A stretch of 64,000 bases of DNA from positions 1 through 64,000 of the forward strand of contig JAYWGM010000052.1 of NCBI GenBank assembly GCA_043778225.1. Reading direction: 5' to 3'. Positions 40,057 to 49,249 of the stretch are shown piece by piece. The translations under genes were made by a program, and so were the position numbers. The first letter of the stretch is position 1. Each line of letters opens with the position of its first letter. The DNA is from Deinococcales bacterium. GTDB taxonomy: Bacteria > Deinococcota > Deinococci > Deinococcales > JAAFIG01. The notes under the pieces are model-generated. The model saw only the letters and a program-made list of their open reading frames with translations, searched no databases and had not been told where the DNA came from.

Positions 40057-40194
40057 GAAGGTAAAAAGGTTAAAAGTGAAAAGGTTAAAAGTAAACACCA
40101 AGCTCAGCCTCATTAGCTCGATTGATTCATTCTCGAGTCTTACTGCTCGTGTCCTAATCTTTTCACCTTTTTGCCCTTTTACCTTTTTACCCTT
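40057..40194. repeat. Inverted pair of short tandem ~8-bp repeat tracts
   Basis: AAGGTAAA/AAGGTTAA-type tract 40057-40095; complementary TTTTCACC/TTTTTACC tract 40159-40194. Confidence 0.8.
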
Positions 40195-40209
40195 AAACGC
40201 TGGTGCTTT

Positions 40210-41091
40210 ATGAGTCTCGAGCAAGCGATTCGGCTTTTGATCATCGGTATCGAAATTGGCAGTATCTATGCCTTGGTGGCGCTCAGTGTGGTTTTGCTGT
40301 ACCGCACTTCTCGAGTTCTTAATTTTGGTCAGGGTGAATTAGCACTTTTGGCGTGTTTTTTGACCTTTACCCTGACTTCACGGCTTGGTGTCCCGCTTTG
40401 GTTATCGTTTTTGGCGGGTTTGGCTGCCAGTGCTGTGGCGGCTGGCGCATTTTATTTCTTTTTAATGCGCCGTGCCAAAGCCCAAGATCCGATGAGTTTA
40501 CTAATTTTAACGCTGGGCTTTAGTCTATTTGCCAATGGTGCTTTATCGTTGCTCTTTGGGGTGGACAACAAACAAATGCCCGGTTTTGTGGATGTGATTG
40601 AAACATGGACAATCGGTGGTTTTTCGATTGCTAAAAACTCGGTCTTGGTGGCAGTGGCGGGTTTATTGCTGATGTTGGCTTTGTACTTTTTTGTCCAGAA
40701 AAGCAAAATCGGACTAGCCATGCGGGCGGTTTCACAAAACCCAGAAGTGGCTAAAGCCCTTGGTATCCCCGTTAACCTGGTGCTGGTCTCGAGTTGGGCA
40801 GTGGCAGCCATTCTTGGCAGTGCGGCTGCGTTGCTCTTAGCGCCAGCCATTTCCTTAAACCCGAGCATCATGCTCGACCCGCTCAACAAAGGTTTTGCCG
40901 CCGCCGTGGTTGGTGGTATGACCAGCCTGCCGGGCGCAGTGCTTGGTGGGTATTTACTTGGCATCATCGAAGCCTACGTGGGTAATTTTGTACCCGCTTT
41001 TAAGTTGGCGCTGGCTTTTATTTTGGTGATTTTGGTCTTGGTTTTTCGTCCTCATGGCTTGCTTGGCGAGAAAGAAACTCGTCGGGCATAA
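40210..41091 (+). CDS. ABC permease (LivH-like)
   Basis: 'GSIYALVAL...LNFGQGE', 'GLAMRAVSQN', 'RPHGLLG'. Confidence 0.9.
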   Translation: MSLEQAIRLLIIGIEIGSIYALVALSVVLLYRTSRVLNFGQGELALLACFLTFTLTSRLGVPLWLSFLAGLAASAVAAGAFYFFLMRRAKAQDPMSLLILTLGFSLFANGALSLLFGVDNKQMPGFVDVIETWTIGGFSIAKNSVLVAVAGLLLMLALYFFVQKSKIGLAMRAVSQNPEVAKALGIPVNLVLVSSWAVAAILGSAAALLLAPAISLNPSIMLDPLNKGFAAAVVGGMTSLPGAVLGGYLLGIIEAYVGNFVPAFKLALAFILVILVLVFRPHGLLGEKETRRA

Positions 41092-41120
41092 ATCGTGCTT
41101 CGGCACAAAAAGGAGTAAGT

Positions 41121-42353
41121 ATGCGTAAGCGAGTTGCAATTGGAGTGACCGTTGGGTTATTGGGTATCGCCGCCGGGCTTTCGGGCATGGCACAAGACAT
41201 TGGTGTCACCAAAACCAAAATTAAAATTGGTACATGGGGTCCAACCAGTGGTCCGTTTCAACAATTTGGACGGGTGATGATTGGGATTGAAGCCTTGGTC
41301 AATAAAGTCAACCGTGAAGGTGGCATCAACGGGCGGCAAATCGAACTGATTAAGCGCGACGATGGTTACGACCCAGCCCGTACCAAGCTGGTGGTCAAAG
41401 AATTGGTTGAACGCCAAGGTGTTTTTGGTCTGGTCGGCGGTGTGGGTACAGCCAATGGTGCAGCCATTCTCGAGGATGTGCGCTTGAACCAAATTCCATG
41501 GGTTTCGCCGGCTTCGGGCAGCACTTTATTTAGTCAAATCAAAGACGGCAAGCCACGCACCCCAAGTGTTTTTGCGACCTACACCAACTATGTGATTGAA
41601 AGCATTTTGCTGTTGCGCCATGCGGTCAACACCTTAAAAATAGAAAAGGTAGCAATCGCTTATGTCAACAACAGCTTTGGTAAAGAAGGTCTGGCGGGTG
41701 TCCAGTCCGAAATTGCCGAACTTAAAGGCAAAGCCAAATTGGTTGGCGAAGTCTCGCACGAACAAACCGAAAGTAATTTGGCACTTCAAGCCCTGAAACT
41801 CAAAGACAGTGGCGCAGAAGCCGTGGTTTTATACACCGCCGGCGATGCGATGCTTTCTTTGCTGCGTGAAATGGCAAAAATCAATTACAAGCCACAAATC
41901 CTTGCCTCGAGTGTTGTGGCTGGTGCAATTCTGCAAGCAGGACCTGCTACCCAAGCCAACGGCGCAATTATTGCCAGTTACATTCCGATTCCAACGGCTG
42001 CTTTGGCAGATGGTAAAAACGGCGATGCTCGAGCCGATGCGGCTTTTGCTGAACTCTTAAAACTTGCTCCAGATGCCGCCAAAGCTGACCCACTCTCGAC
42101 CTTGGCTGGTTGGGCATTTGCTGAGCCTTTAATCGAAGGCTTAAAGCGGGCTGGACCAAACCTTAACCGTGCCAATTTTGTTAAAGCCATGGAAGGCATC
42201 AACAATTGGAAAGGTAGCTTATTTAACAGCATTTCCTTTAGCCCAACTGACCGCCAAGGCAACAACAGCGTCTTTTTGGTCAAGGGTGTTTATGCACCAC
42301 GTCCCGGCTTTGTGGCTTTGGGCGGCTGGATTTCGTTTAATAGTGAGCGCTAA
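41121..42353 (+). CDS. ABC substrate-binding protein (LivK-like)
   Basis: Signal peptide; 'GGINGRQIEL...DDGYDP'. Confidence 0.9.
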   Translation: MRKRVAIGVTVGLLGIAAGLSGMAQDIGVTKTKIKIGTWGPTSGPFQQFGRVMIGIEALVNKVNREGGINGRQIELIKRDDGYDPARTKLVVKELVERQGVFGLVGGVGTANGAAILEDVRLNQIPWVSPASGSTLFSQIKDGKPRTPSVFATYTNYVIESILLLRHAVNTLKIEKVAIAYVNNSFGKEGLAGVQSEIAELKGKAKLVGEVSHEQTESNLALQALKLKDSGAEAVVLYTAGDAMLSLLREMAKINYKPQILASSVVAGAILQAGPATQANGAIIASYIPIPTAALADGKNGDARADAAFAELLKLAPDAAKADPLSTLAGWAFAEPLIEGLKRAGPNLNRANFVKAMEGINNWKGSLFNSISFSPTDRQGNNSVFLVKGVYAPRPGFVALGGWISFNSER

Positions 42354-42362
42354 ATTTTAACC

Positions 42363-42390
42363 GTAGGGGTTTGCCATGGCAAACCCCTAC
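42363..42390. repeat. GTAG-type REP-like perfect palindrome
   Basis: GTAGGGGTTTGCCATGGCAAACCCCTAC (28 bp). Confidence 0.8.
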
Positions 42391-42406
42391 AACCAAAAAA
42401 TAAACT

Positions 42407-43222
42407 ATGCAAAATAAGAATGTACAATTGCTCGAGGCAAAAAATGTAACCCTGCGTTTTGGTGGCGTGACGGCTGTCAATGATGTTTCGTTTACTGTTG
42501 GGGTGAATGAGACTGTCGCCCTGATTGGACCAAACGGTGCAGGTAAAAGCAGCCTTTTTAACTGCATTACCGCCCTCTACAAGCCGCAAGTCGGTACAAT
42601 CCAATTTGCTGGACACGAATTAACAAGCTCGAGTCCAGACCAGATTGCCAGCTTTGGCATCTCGAGGACTTTTCAAAACATCGAATTGTTTGGCGGTTTA
42701 ACGGTTCTCGAGAATTTACTGCTCGGGCGACATCAGCACCTCAAAGTCAGTTTATTTCACGCCATGCTTGGCACACCAACTTGGGTCAAATCCGAAGTCG
42801 AGCAAATTAAACGCGCCGAAGCGATGATTGAACTTTTGGAACTGCAACTCTACCGTGACCGCCGTGTGCGTGGGCTACCTTATGGGGTGCAGAAAATTGT
42901 TGAAATCGGACGCGCCTTGGTATCTGAACCTAAATTACTGTTGATGGATGAACCTGTGGCGGGTTTAACTTCGGACGAAAAAGACGAATTGGTACAGCGT
43001 TTGTCTGAACTCAAAAACGAACTAGGCTTATCTATTTTGTTGGTCGAACACGACATTCGAGTGGTCTCGAGCCTTGCTGAGCGGATTGTGGTTCTCGAGT
43101 ACGGACGTAAAATTGCCGATGGTACACCCGAGGAAATCCGCAACGACCCTGTGGTGATTGCCGCCTACCTTGGTGAAGAAGCCCAGACCTTAGAAAAGCA
43201 GGGTGAAAAGGTCAAAGGGTGA
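42407..43222 (+). CDS. ABC ATP-binding protein (LivG-like)
   Basis: GPNGAGKS, 'RTFQN', 'LPYG', 'AAYLG'. Confidence 0.92.
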   Translation: MQNKNVQLLEAKNVTLRFGGVTAVNDVSFTVGVNETVALIGPNGAGKSSLFNCITALYKPQVGTIQFAGHELTSSSPDQIASFGISRTFQNIELFGGLTVLENLLLGRHQHLKVSLFHAMLGTPTWVKSEVEQIKRAEAMIELLELQLYRDRRVRGLPYGVQKIVEIGRALVSEPKLLLMDEPVAGLTSDEKDELVQRLSELKNELGLSILLVEHDIRVVSSLAERIVVLEYGRKIADGTPEEIRNDPVVIAAYLGEEAQTLEKQGEKVKG

Positions 43223-43380
43223 AAAGGTGAAAAGGTCAAAACAAGGGTTAAAAGGTCAAAGGGTGAAAAGGTGAAAAGTAGTTCTTGTACTCAAAATCAG
43301 CAAAATATTGTCCAAAAAAGCAGCCATAGAGGTTTGCTTTTTCCCTTTTTCCCTTTTTCCCTTTTTCCCTTTTCCTCCCT
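43196..43380. repeat. Second inverted pair of ~8-bp tandem repeat tracts
   Basis: GGTGAAAA/GGTCAAAG tract 43196-43278 (overlaps the livG-like stop); (TTTTTCCC)x4 at about 43338-43370. Confidence 0.8.
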
Positions 43381-43389
43381 AGGTTCTGT

Positions 43390-44151
43390 ATGCTAGAACT
43401 CGAGAATATCGAAGCTGGTTATAGTCGGCAAACCATTGTCTTACGTGGTGTTTCCCTAGAAGTACCACAAGGTAAAATTGTGACCTTGTTGGGTGCAAAT
43501 GGGGCTGGCAAAAGCACGACCTTAAAAACAATTATGGGTTTAATAGACGACGAACCACGCAAAGGCAGCGTGGTGTTTGCTGGTCAAACCCTGACCCACA
43601 AAGACACCGAAAGCATCGCCCGAAGCGGTATTGCGCTTGTGCCAGAAGGACGTGGGATGTTCAAAGACCTGACGGTTCTCGAGAACCTGATGCTTGGGGC
43701 ATACCACCACAGCAGCAGCGCCAGCAGCACCATGCTCGAGGTTTTCAGGCGCTTTCCACGGCTCGAGGAACGAAAAAGCCAACACGCTGGCACATTATCG
43801 GGTGGCGAACAGCAAATGTTAGCCATTGGACGCGCCTTGATGAGCCGCCCTAAACTGATTTTACTCGATGAACCCAGCCTTGGGCTTGCACCTAAATTTG
43901 TCCAAGAAGTTTTTGGGGCAATTGCCAGCATCAATGCCGAAGGGGTCAGCGTGATGCTGATTGAGCAAAATGCCAAAAAAGCCCTCGAGATTGCTGATTA
44001 TGCCTACGTTCTCGAGCATGGCAGAATTGTGCTTGAAGGCACAGGCGCGGAGTTGCGCGAGAATGAAAATGTAAAGGAGTTGTACTTGGGCATGACCCAT
44101 GTTCCCGAGACAGGCGTTGGGCGTTTTAGGCGTAAACGGCGTTGGAATTAA
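43390..44151 (+). CDS. ABC ATP-binding protein (LivF-like)
   Basis: GANGAGKST, LSGGEQQM, 'DEPSLGLAP'. Confidence 0.92.
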   Translation: MLELENIEAGYSRQTIVLRGVSLEVPQGKIVTLLGANGAGKSTTLKTIMGLIDDEPRKGSVVFAGQTLTHKDTESIARSGIALVPEGRGMFKDLTVLENLMLGAYHHSSSASSTMLEVFRRFPRLEERKSQHAGTLSGGEQQMLAIGRALMSRPKLILLDEPSLGLAPKFVQEVFGAIASINAEGVSVMLIEQNAKKALEIADYAYVLEHGRIVLEGTGAELRENENVKELYLGMTHVPETGVGRFRRKRRWN

Positions 44152-44463
44152 ATGCGCCAAGGCTTTGATTTTTCTACCTCAGAAATTTTAGACTGGGAAC
44201 TCGAGGCGATTCATCAGTCATTATTTGCACAGCGACTTGAAATCAGTCCTCATGCGTATAAAGCGGCTCGAGATGAACATATTCCCTACCATGCGATTCT
44301 TGAAACGATTATGGTGGGAGTTGCAGTCAGTAAAGATTTGCCCGATAATGCGCTTGGTCGTCTGGCAGGAATTAACTTTGAGTATTTATTTGTGGCGCGC
44401 TGGCTTCGTGCTAAAGTGAGTTGGGATGACGAGTATTTTGTCGTCACGATTCACACGTTCTAG
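44152..44463 (+). CDS. DUF4258-like protein (putative toxin)
   Basis: 'ISPHAYKAARDEHI...ILETI..G', C-terminal 'VVTIH'. Confidence 0.55.
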   Translation: MRQGFDFSTSEILDWELEAIHQSLFAQRLEISPHAYKAARDEHIPYHAILETIMVGVAVSKDLPDNALGRLAGINFEYLFVARWLRAKVSWDDEYFVVTIHTF

Positions 44464-44471
44464 GAGTTTTT

Positions 44472-44687
44472 ATGACTTTAATTTCAAACGAAATAGCAAA
44501 GGACTTTACTTTTCAGAGTCATGGTGTGACTTTTATTGTGCATAACATTCCAACCCGAATTCGGAAATCATCCAATGGCGAAATCATTGAAACGTTCTCG
44601 ATGCCAATTGCCTCGAGACTTGATCAAATGCTCGATGATGTTCTGGCAAAAGACCCAACACCGCGCACGGTTGAACTCGAGTTTTAG
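44472..44687 (+). CDS. YgiT/MqsA-type ribbon-like small protein lacking Cys (putative antitoxin)
   Basis: 'GVTFIVHNIP...NGE..ETFS' follows the YgiT finger pattern; SD AGGAG. Confidence 0.5.
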   Translation: MTLISNEIAKDFTFQSHGVTFIVHNIPTRIRKSSNGEIIETFSMPIASRLDQMLDDVLAKDPTPRTVELEF

Positions 44688-44702
44688 TGTTAAAGTGTCG
44701 AT

Positions 44703-45089
44703 ATGGCGCACGGAAACGACTTTGAAATTTATGAACGCTGGCTCGAATTACTCGAGAATCTCGAGGATTATGCAAAACGACACCATTTGCGTTTTGATAA
44801 AGAATCGGACTTCACCCAGTATATTTACCGCATGGAACGCGAGTACAGCCTGCCAACCACAGTCCAGAGTGTTAGTTTGGGCTTAGAAAGTGGTAAAGCG
44901 ATTATTGTCGCCAGTGTATCGCCCTTGCAAGAACCCTTAAAGCACATTTCGATCAACTTGCAAGGCGGCGCTCGGCATTGGCATTTGCACGCCCACGATG
45001 GGCATTTACTCGAGGGTAAGCGTGTATTTGACCGTACTAAACTCGAGGCACTGCTCGACAAGGTTTTTTCAGTGCAAATTGCCGCCTGA
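44703..45089 (+). CDS. nqo15: NADH-quinone oxidoreductase subunit 15
   Basis: 'YERWLELL...FDKESDF..YIYRMEREYSLPTT...VSP' closely resembles Thermus Nqo15 as recalled. Confidence 0.85.
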   Translation: MAHGNDFEIYERWLELLENLEDYAKRHHLRFDKESDFTQYIYRMEREYSLPTTVQSVSLGLESGKAIIVASVSPLQEPLKHISINLQGGARHWHLHAHDGHLLEGKRVFDRTKLEALLDKVFSVQIAA

Positions 45090-45105
45090 GTGCTATTGTT
45101 TGATC

Positions 45106-45406
45106 ATGACCCAAATGCCACCAATCTCTCCTCGAGTCGCGCATCGTTTTACAGGCGAACAATACCGTAAAATGTATGACCTCGGTGTGTTTGGGTTTGA
45201 CCAACCCAGCGAGCTAATTGCTGGTGAGGTGTTTTTTATGGCAGCCATGGGAGCAGCAACTCGAGGTCTACCGCTTGCCAAAAGGTAATCAGTACCTGCA
45301 ACGCCAAAATTATTTAATCGGTCAAGTTATTGCGCCGCTTTTTAGCCCAGACTCGAGTTTGGCTTGGTGGACGGCATTAAGCTCACCGCCCACCGAAGGC
45401 AGTTAG
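45106..45406 (+). pseudogene. Uma2/DUF820 endonuclease remnant with internal deletion and frameshift
   Basis: N-terminal 'HRFTGEQYRKM...ELIAGEVFFMAAMG' abuts the C-terminal 'QLEVYRLP...Y' in another frame at about 45250; the core is missing. Confidence 0.75.
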
Positions 45407-47046
45407 TCCACGACCACAGGAATAATCATTGGGTTGCGCCCTGTGGCTTTGCGAACAAAACGCCGCACCATATAGTAGACATCATCGCGCACTGCCTCGA
45501 GATGCTTTTTTTCACGTGCGCCTTTCTCGAGGACTTGAATGACTTGTTCTTTAATAGTGTCGAACAGTTCTTGGTTGGCATCTATAAAACCCCGACTGGC
45601 AATTTCGGCGTGAGGATGCGGGCTAAGCACACAACCCAGCACCAACACACCATCGCCAGCCATACTTAATCTATCCTCGAGAATGCTGTCGTTGACATCG
45701 CCTACGCCTAAGCCATCAACATAGACCGCGCCGGCTGGGGCAGTACCCACGACCTTAAAATCGTCTTTAGAAACATGGATAATATCGCCGTTTTTAGCAA
45801 TAATCGTGCGTTTTGGTGGGGTTGGGCTGGCTTCGGCTAACCACTGATGGTTGATTTGTTGGCGTGGCTCGCCATGGAACGGCAAAAACCATTTGGCTTG
45901 GGCTAAGTTCAGAATCAGCTTGAGTTCTTCTTGGCTGCCATGTCCAGAAGCATGGACTTTATAATTGGGCGGATAAAAAACTTTTGCGCCTTTTTGGTAC
46001 AAGCTGTTAATCACAACGTTAATCGCTTCTTCGTTGCCGGGAATCGGGCTGCTCGAGAGAATCACGGTATCGCCGTGCTTAATGCTTAAACGTGGGTGAT
46101 TGCCAGCCGCCAGTCTCGAGAGGACGCTCATCGGTTGCCCTTGGCTGCCGGTGCAAATAAAAACCGCTTGGCTGGCTTGTAAATCGGCAAATTCATCGGT
46201 GCTGATTAAACGGTCTTTCAGGGTCATGTAGCCGAGTTCTTGGGCAATCTCGGCGTATTTGTGCATACTGCGCCCTTCCATCACGACACGGCGGTTGTAC
46301 TTTTCGGCAATAGAAATAATGTTCTGGATGCGGTGAATATGACTGGCAAAGGTGGTCACAAAAACCCGTCCAGCAGCTTTAGAAATAATTTTTTCGAGTT
46401 CAGCCGCGACATCGGCTTCCGATGGCGTTAGACCCATTTTTTCAGCACTGGTGCTGTCCGAGATTAAAAGCATTACGCCCTCTGCTCCAGCTTTAGAGAT
46501 TTTCTCGAGGTGACTGGTTTTGCCGTCGGCTGGGTTTTGGTCGAGCTTAAAGTCGCCAGTGTGAATCACATTGCCAATTGGCGTGTGGATTAAAAGCCCA
46601 GAATTATCAGGAATCGAATGGGTCATGCGAAACATATCCACGGTAAAACTCGAGGAAACCTTGATTCGCTCGTCGGTTGTAACTTCGCGCAAGTCTAAAT
46701 CGTCGGCAGAAATTCCAAACTCGGAAAATTTTTCGCGCAGCAGCCCAAGGGTCAGCTTTGCGCCGTACAGTGGCACTTTTGGTAAGCGCGGCAAAATGTA
46801 GGGCAGCGCTCCGATGTGGTCTTCGTGACCGTGGGTGATGATAAAGGCTTTGATTTCGGCGGCGTGTTCAAGCAGATAGTCTATTTTGGGGATAATTAGG
46901 TCGATGCCCGGTTGGTTGCTGTCTGGAAACGCCATACCACCATCTACGACCAAAATTTCTTGTTCGTAGCGAAAGACCATCATGTTCTTACCGATTTCCC
47001 CAAAGCCACCCAATGGGATGACCTCGAGATGTTTTTGTTGACTCAT
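45403..47046 (-). CDS. rnj: Ribonuclease J
   Basis: 'PLGGFGEIGKN', 'THGHEDHIG', 'TGSQG', 'HASGH'. Confidence 0.95.
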   Translation of the reverse strand: MSQQKHLEVIPLGGFGEIGKNMMVFRYEQEILVVDGGMAFPDSNQPGIDLIIPKIDYLLEHAAEIKAFIITHGHEDHIGALPYILPRLPKVPLYGAKLTLGLLREKFSEFGISADDLDLREVTTDERIKVSSSFTVDMFRMTHSIPDNSGLLIHTPIGNVIHTGDFKLDQNPADGKTSHLEKISKAGAEGVMLLISDSTSAEKMGLTPSEADVAAELEKIISKAAGRVFVTTFASHIHRIQNIISIAEKYNRRVVMEGRSMHKYAEIAQELGYMTLKDRLISTDEFADLQASQAVFICTGSQGQPMSVLSRLAAGNHPRLSIKHGDTVILSSSPIPGNEEAINVVINSLYQKGAKVFYPPNYKVHASGHGSQEELKLILNLAQAKWFLPFHGEPRQQINHQWLAEASPTPPKRTIIAKNGDIIHVSKDDFKVVGTAPAGAVYVDGLGVGDVNDSILEDRLSMAGDGVLVLGCVLSPHPHAEIASRGFIDANQELFDTIKEQVIQVLEKGAREKKHLEAVRDDVYYMVRRFVRKATGRNPMIIPVVVD

Positions 47047-47205
47047 TAAAATTACTCCTTCAAACCGTCAATCGTCTTTTCTAGAACTCAGGATTTAACC
47101 AAAGCACACCGATTTTCTGCGACCGGTGTCGTCGCGGTAGCCTTATTGTAGTACAAAAGTGGCTCATTTCTCAAATCCCACAAAAAAGGTGCATAATAAA
47201 AGCAG

Positions 47206-47532
47206 ATGATTTTCGAGGCAGCAAAAATTACATCCGAGAATTTGGTTCTTGAGACCACCACTTGTCGGCTTCGCACCCTAGACCCAAGCAGTGGTGAAGT
47301 GACCGGATTTTTTGAACTGCACGGCGATAACCAAGTGCCACGTGGTTTGCCAAAACTGGCAATTCAAGGCTTTATTCGGCTCGAGATTAAATTGCTCTCG
47401 AGTGTCATGACTTCTGAGGGCAAAAGGCGCTACCGTTTTATGGCAATTTGCCCCAACGAAGCGATTGGACCACTCGACATGATGATGAACCCATCTAAAA
47501 ATCCAACCGTTCTTGAGGAGATGATGCGGTAA
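47206..47532 (+). CDS. Hypothetical protein
   Basis: 108 aa ORF filling the gap; no recognised motif. Confidence 0.55.
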   Translation: MIFEAAKITSENLVLETTTCRLRTLDPSSGEVTGFFELHGDNQVPRGLPKLAIQGFIRLEIKLLSSVMTSEGKRRYRFMAICPNEAIGPLDMMMNPSKNPTVLEEMMR

Positions 47533-47577
47533 ACACATTCTCGGGTGATGATGCGGTAAACACATTCTCGGGTGATG
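47520..47577. repeat. Tandem duplication (27-bp period) spanning a stop codon
   Basis: GATGATGCGGTAAACACATTCTCGGGT x2 plus GATG. Confidence 0.9.
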
Positions 47578-47649
47578 GCGCTAAAAAACCGCCATGTGTC
47601 AAAATTCCCGCCCTCGAGTTGGCTAGACTTGGTAGACTGCAAAACAGCC

Positions 47650-48729
47650 GTGATTAGTGGTCGCTTAAAAGATGTCCCGATTGAAGACATCCTTAGCCTG
47701 ATTGCCGGAGGGCGCAAATCGGGAGTCCTTGTTGTCAATCTCGATGAGCGCGAAGCCAAAATCCATTTTGAGGATGGCAAAATTTTGTATGCTCGAGTCG
47801 AAGACGGGGCAAACCTTGGCGAATACTTGGTGCGCCTAGAAATGACCACCCCCGAGGATGTGCAAAAGCTGGTCGGCAAACAAAAACAAGAAAATCCCCA
47901 CACCCCGCTTGGCATGATGGCGGTTCGCAATGGGGTGATTAACGACCAAGACCTACGCACCGCGCTTGAGGCACAAGTCTTGGATGCGATGATTGAAGTG
48001 ATGATTTGGGCGGATATTCCCAGAGCCAGATTTAATTTTAAGGAACGTGGCTTAGATGCTTCGCAAGTGCCAACGCCGCATTTACTCGATGCTTCTGGGA
48101 TGCTGATGGAATGCACCCGCCGCTTAGATGAATGGCGACGTGGGCAGGTCAAACCGCAAGATGTTCTCGAGGTTGCTATAGACTTACAAAACGACCCACG
48201 CACCGCCAAATTAAGCCTTGGGCAATGGGAACTGATTTATTTGGTGGATGGTCAACGCAGTGCTGCCAGTATTGCTGCCGAGCTCAACATCCCCGAGGGC
48301 GAAACCTACCACCAACTTTTTTTGATGCAGGAACAAAAAATGCTGCGCCCTGCCGAAGTTCGTGGCGATGACCCGTGGGTTTTGATTATTTCGACTTCGC
48401 AGACCACGCGCCGCCTTTGCACCCTGACCTTGACTCGAGAACGTTACCGTGTGATGCACGCCACAACCCTCGAAACTGCCAAAAATTTACTCGAGACTCG
48501 TCGCCCCAACACGATTCTGCTCGACTGGGAAAATCCACTCGAGAGCATTAAAATTATCCGTGAAAAACGCAATTTAACGCCCATCATTGCGATTGTCAGC
48601 GTTGAACCTCGGGTCAGCATTGGGCTTTTTCGCAACCATGCGACCACCAATTTGCGTTATCTGGTCAAGCCCTACAGCGAAATGCAGTTGATTCGCGCCA
48701 TTGGCGCGGTCACGGGCAGGGCGGTTTAG
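47650..48729 (+). CDS. DUF4388 (PatA-N-like) protein with atypical receiver domain
   Basis: 'ISGRLKDVPIEDILSLI...KSGVL...IHFEDGKILYA'; C-terminal 'ILLDW...LVKPYS'. Start uncertain (47572 or GTG 47650). Confidence 0.75.
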   Translation: MISGRLKDVPIEDILSLIAGGRKSGVLVVNLDEREAKIHFEDGKILYARVEDGANLGEYLVRLEMTTPEDVQKLVGKQKQENPHTPLGMMAVRNGVINDQDLRTALEAQVLDAMIEVMIWADIPRARFNFKERGLDASQVPTPHLLDASGMLMECTRRLDEWRRGQVKPQDVLEVAIDLQNDPRTAKLSLGQWELIYLVDGQRSAASIAAELNIPEGETYHQLFLMQEQKMLRPAEVRGDDPWVLIISTSQTTRRLCTLTLTRERYRVMHATTLETAKNLLETRRPNTILLDWENPLESIKIIREKRNLTPIIAIVSVEPRVSIGLFRNHATTNLRYLVKPYSEMQLIRAIGAVTGRAV

Positions 48730-49235
48730 GTATTCAGCAGCCGACGGCGAAACTCGAGGAATGCCAGGGCTGTGACTTCGACATCGGCAAGGGCGCGGTG
48801 ACGGTTGCTGGCTTCTATGCCCAGTCTGGTGCAAATTGCATCGAGGTTATGGCGGCTTTCTTGTGGAAAAGCCCGTCTTGAGAGTTGCACTGTACAAGTG
48901 GCTCGAACTGGCGCTTCTAAGCCAAGTCGAGCCGCATTAGCGCGGACAAAACCAATGTCAAAACTGGCATTGTGCGCCACCAATTGCCGCCCCGCTACAA
49001 ACTCGAGAAATTGTGGCAGGGCGGTTTCGATGCTTGGGGCGTGTTGCACCATGCGGTCGGTGATGCCATTGATTTTAGAAATATAAAATGGAATGCGCCG
49101 ATGAGGCTGCACCAGCGTCTCGAAGGTTTCGCTGGTGATGCTGTCGTTTCGCACCACCAATGCCCCAATCTCGAGAATCGCATCGCGCTCTGGGCTTAAC
49201 CCCGTGGTCTCGAGGTCAAAAATCACAAATTCCAC
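48726..49235 (-). CDS. DEDDh 3'-5' exonuclease (Pol III epsilon-like)
   Basis: 'FDLETTG', 'VAHNASFD', 'HRALAD'. Confidence 0.92.
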   Translation of the reverse strand: MEFVIFDLETTGLSPERDAILEIGALVVRNDSITSETFETLVQPHRRIPFYISKINGITDRMVQHAPSIETALPQFLEFVAGRQLVAHNASFDIGFVRANAARLGLEAPVRATCTVQLSRRAFPQESRHNLDAICTRLGIEASNRHRALADVEVTALAFLEFRRRLLNT

Positions 49236-49249
49236 AGATTAGATTACCT

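Noticed and set aside
47430..48209. 259-aa antisense ORF (likewise 59291-60028)
   Set aside because: Antisense to well-supported genes, with no motifs.
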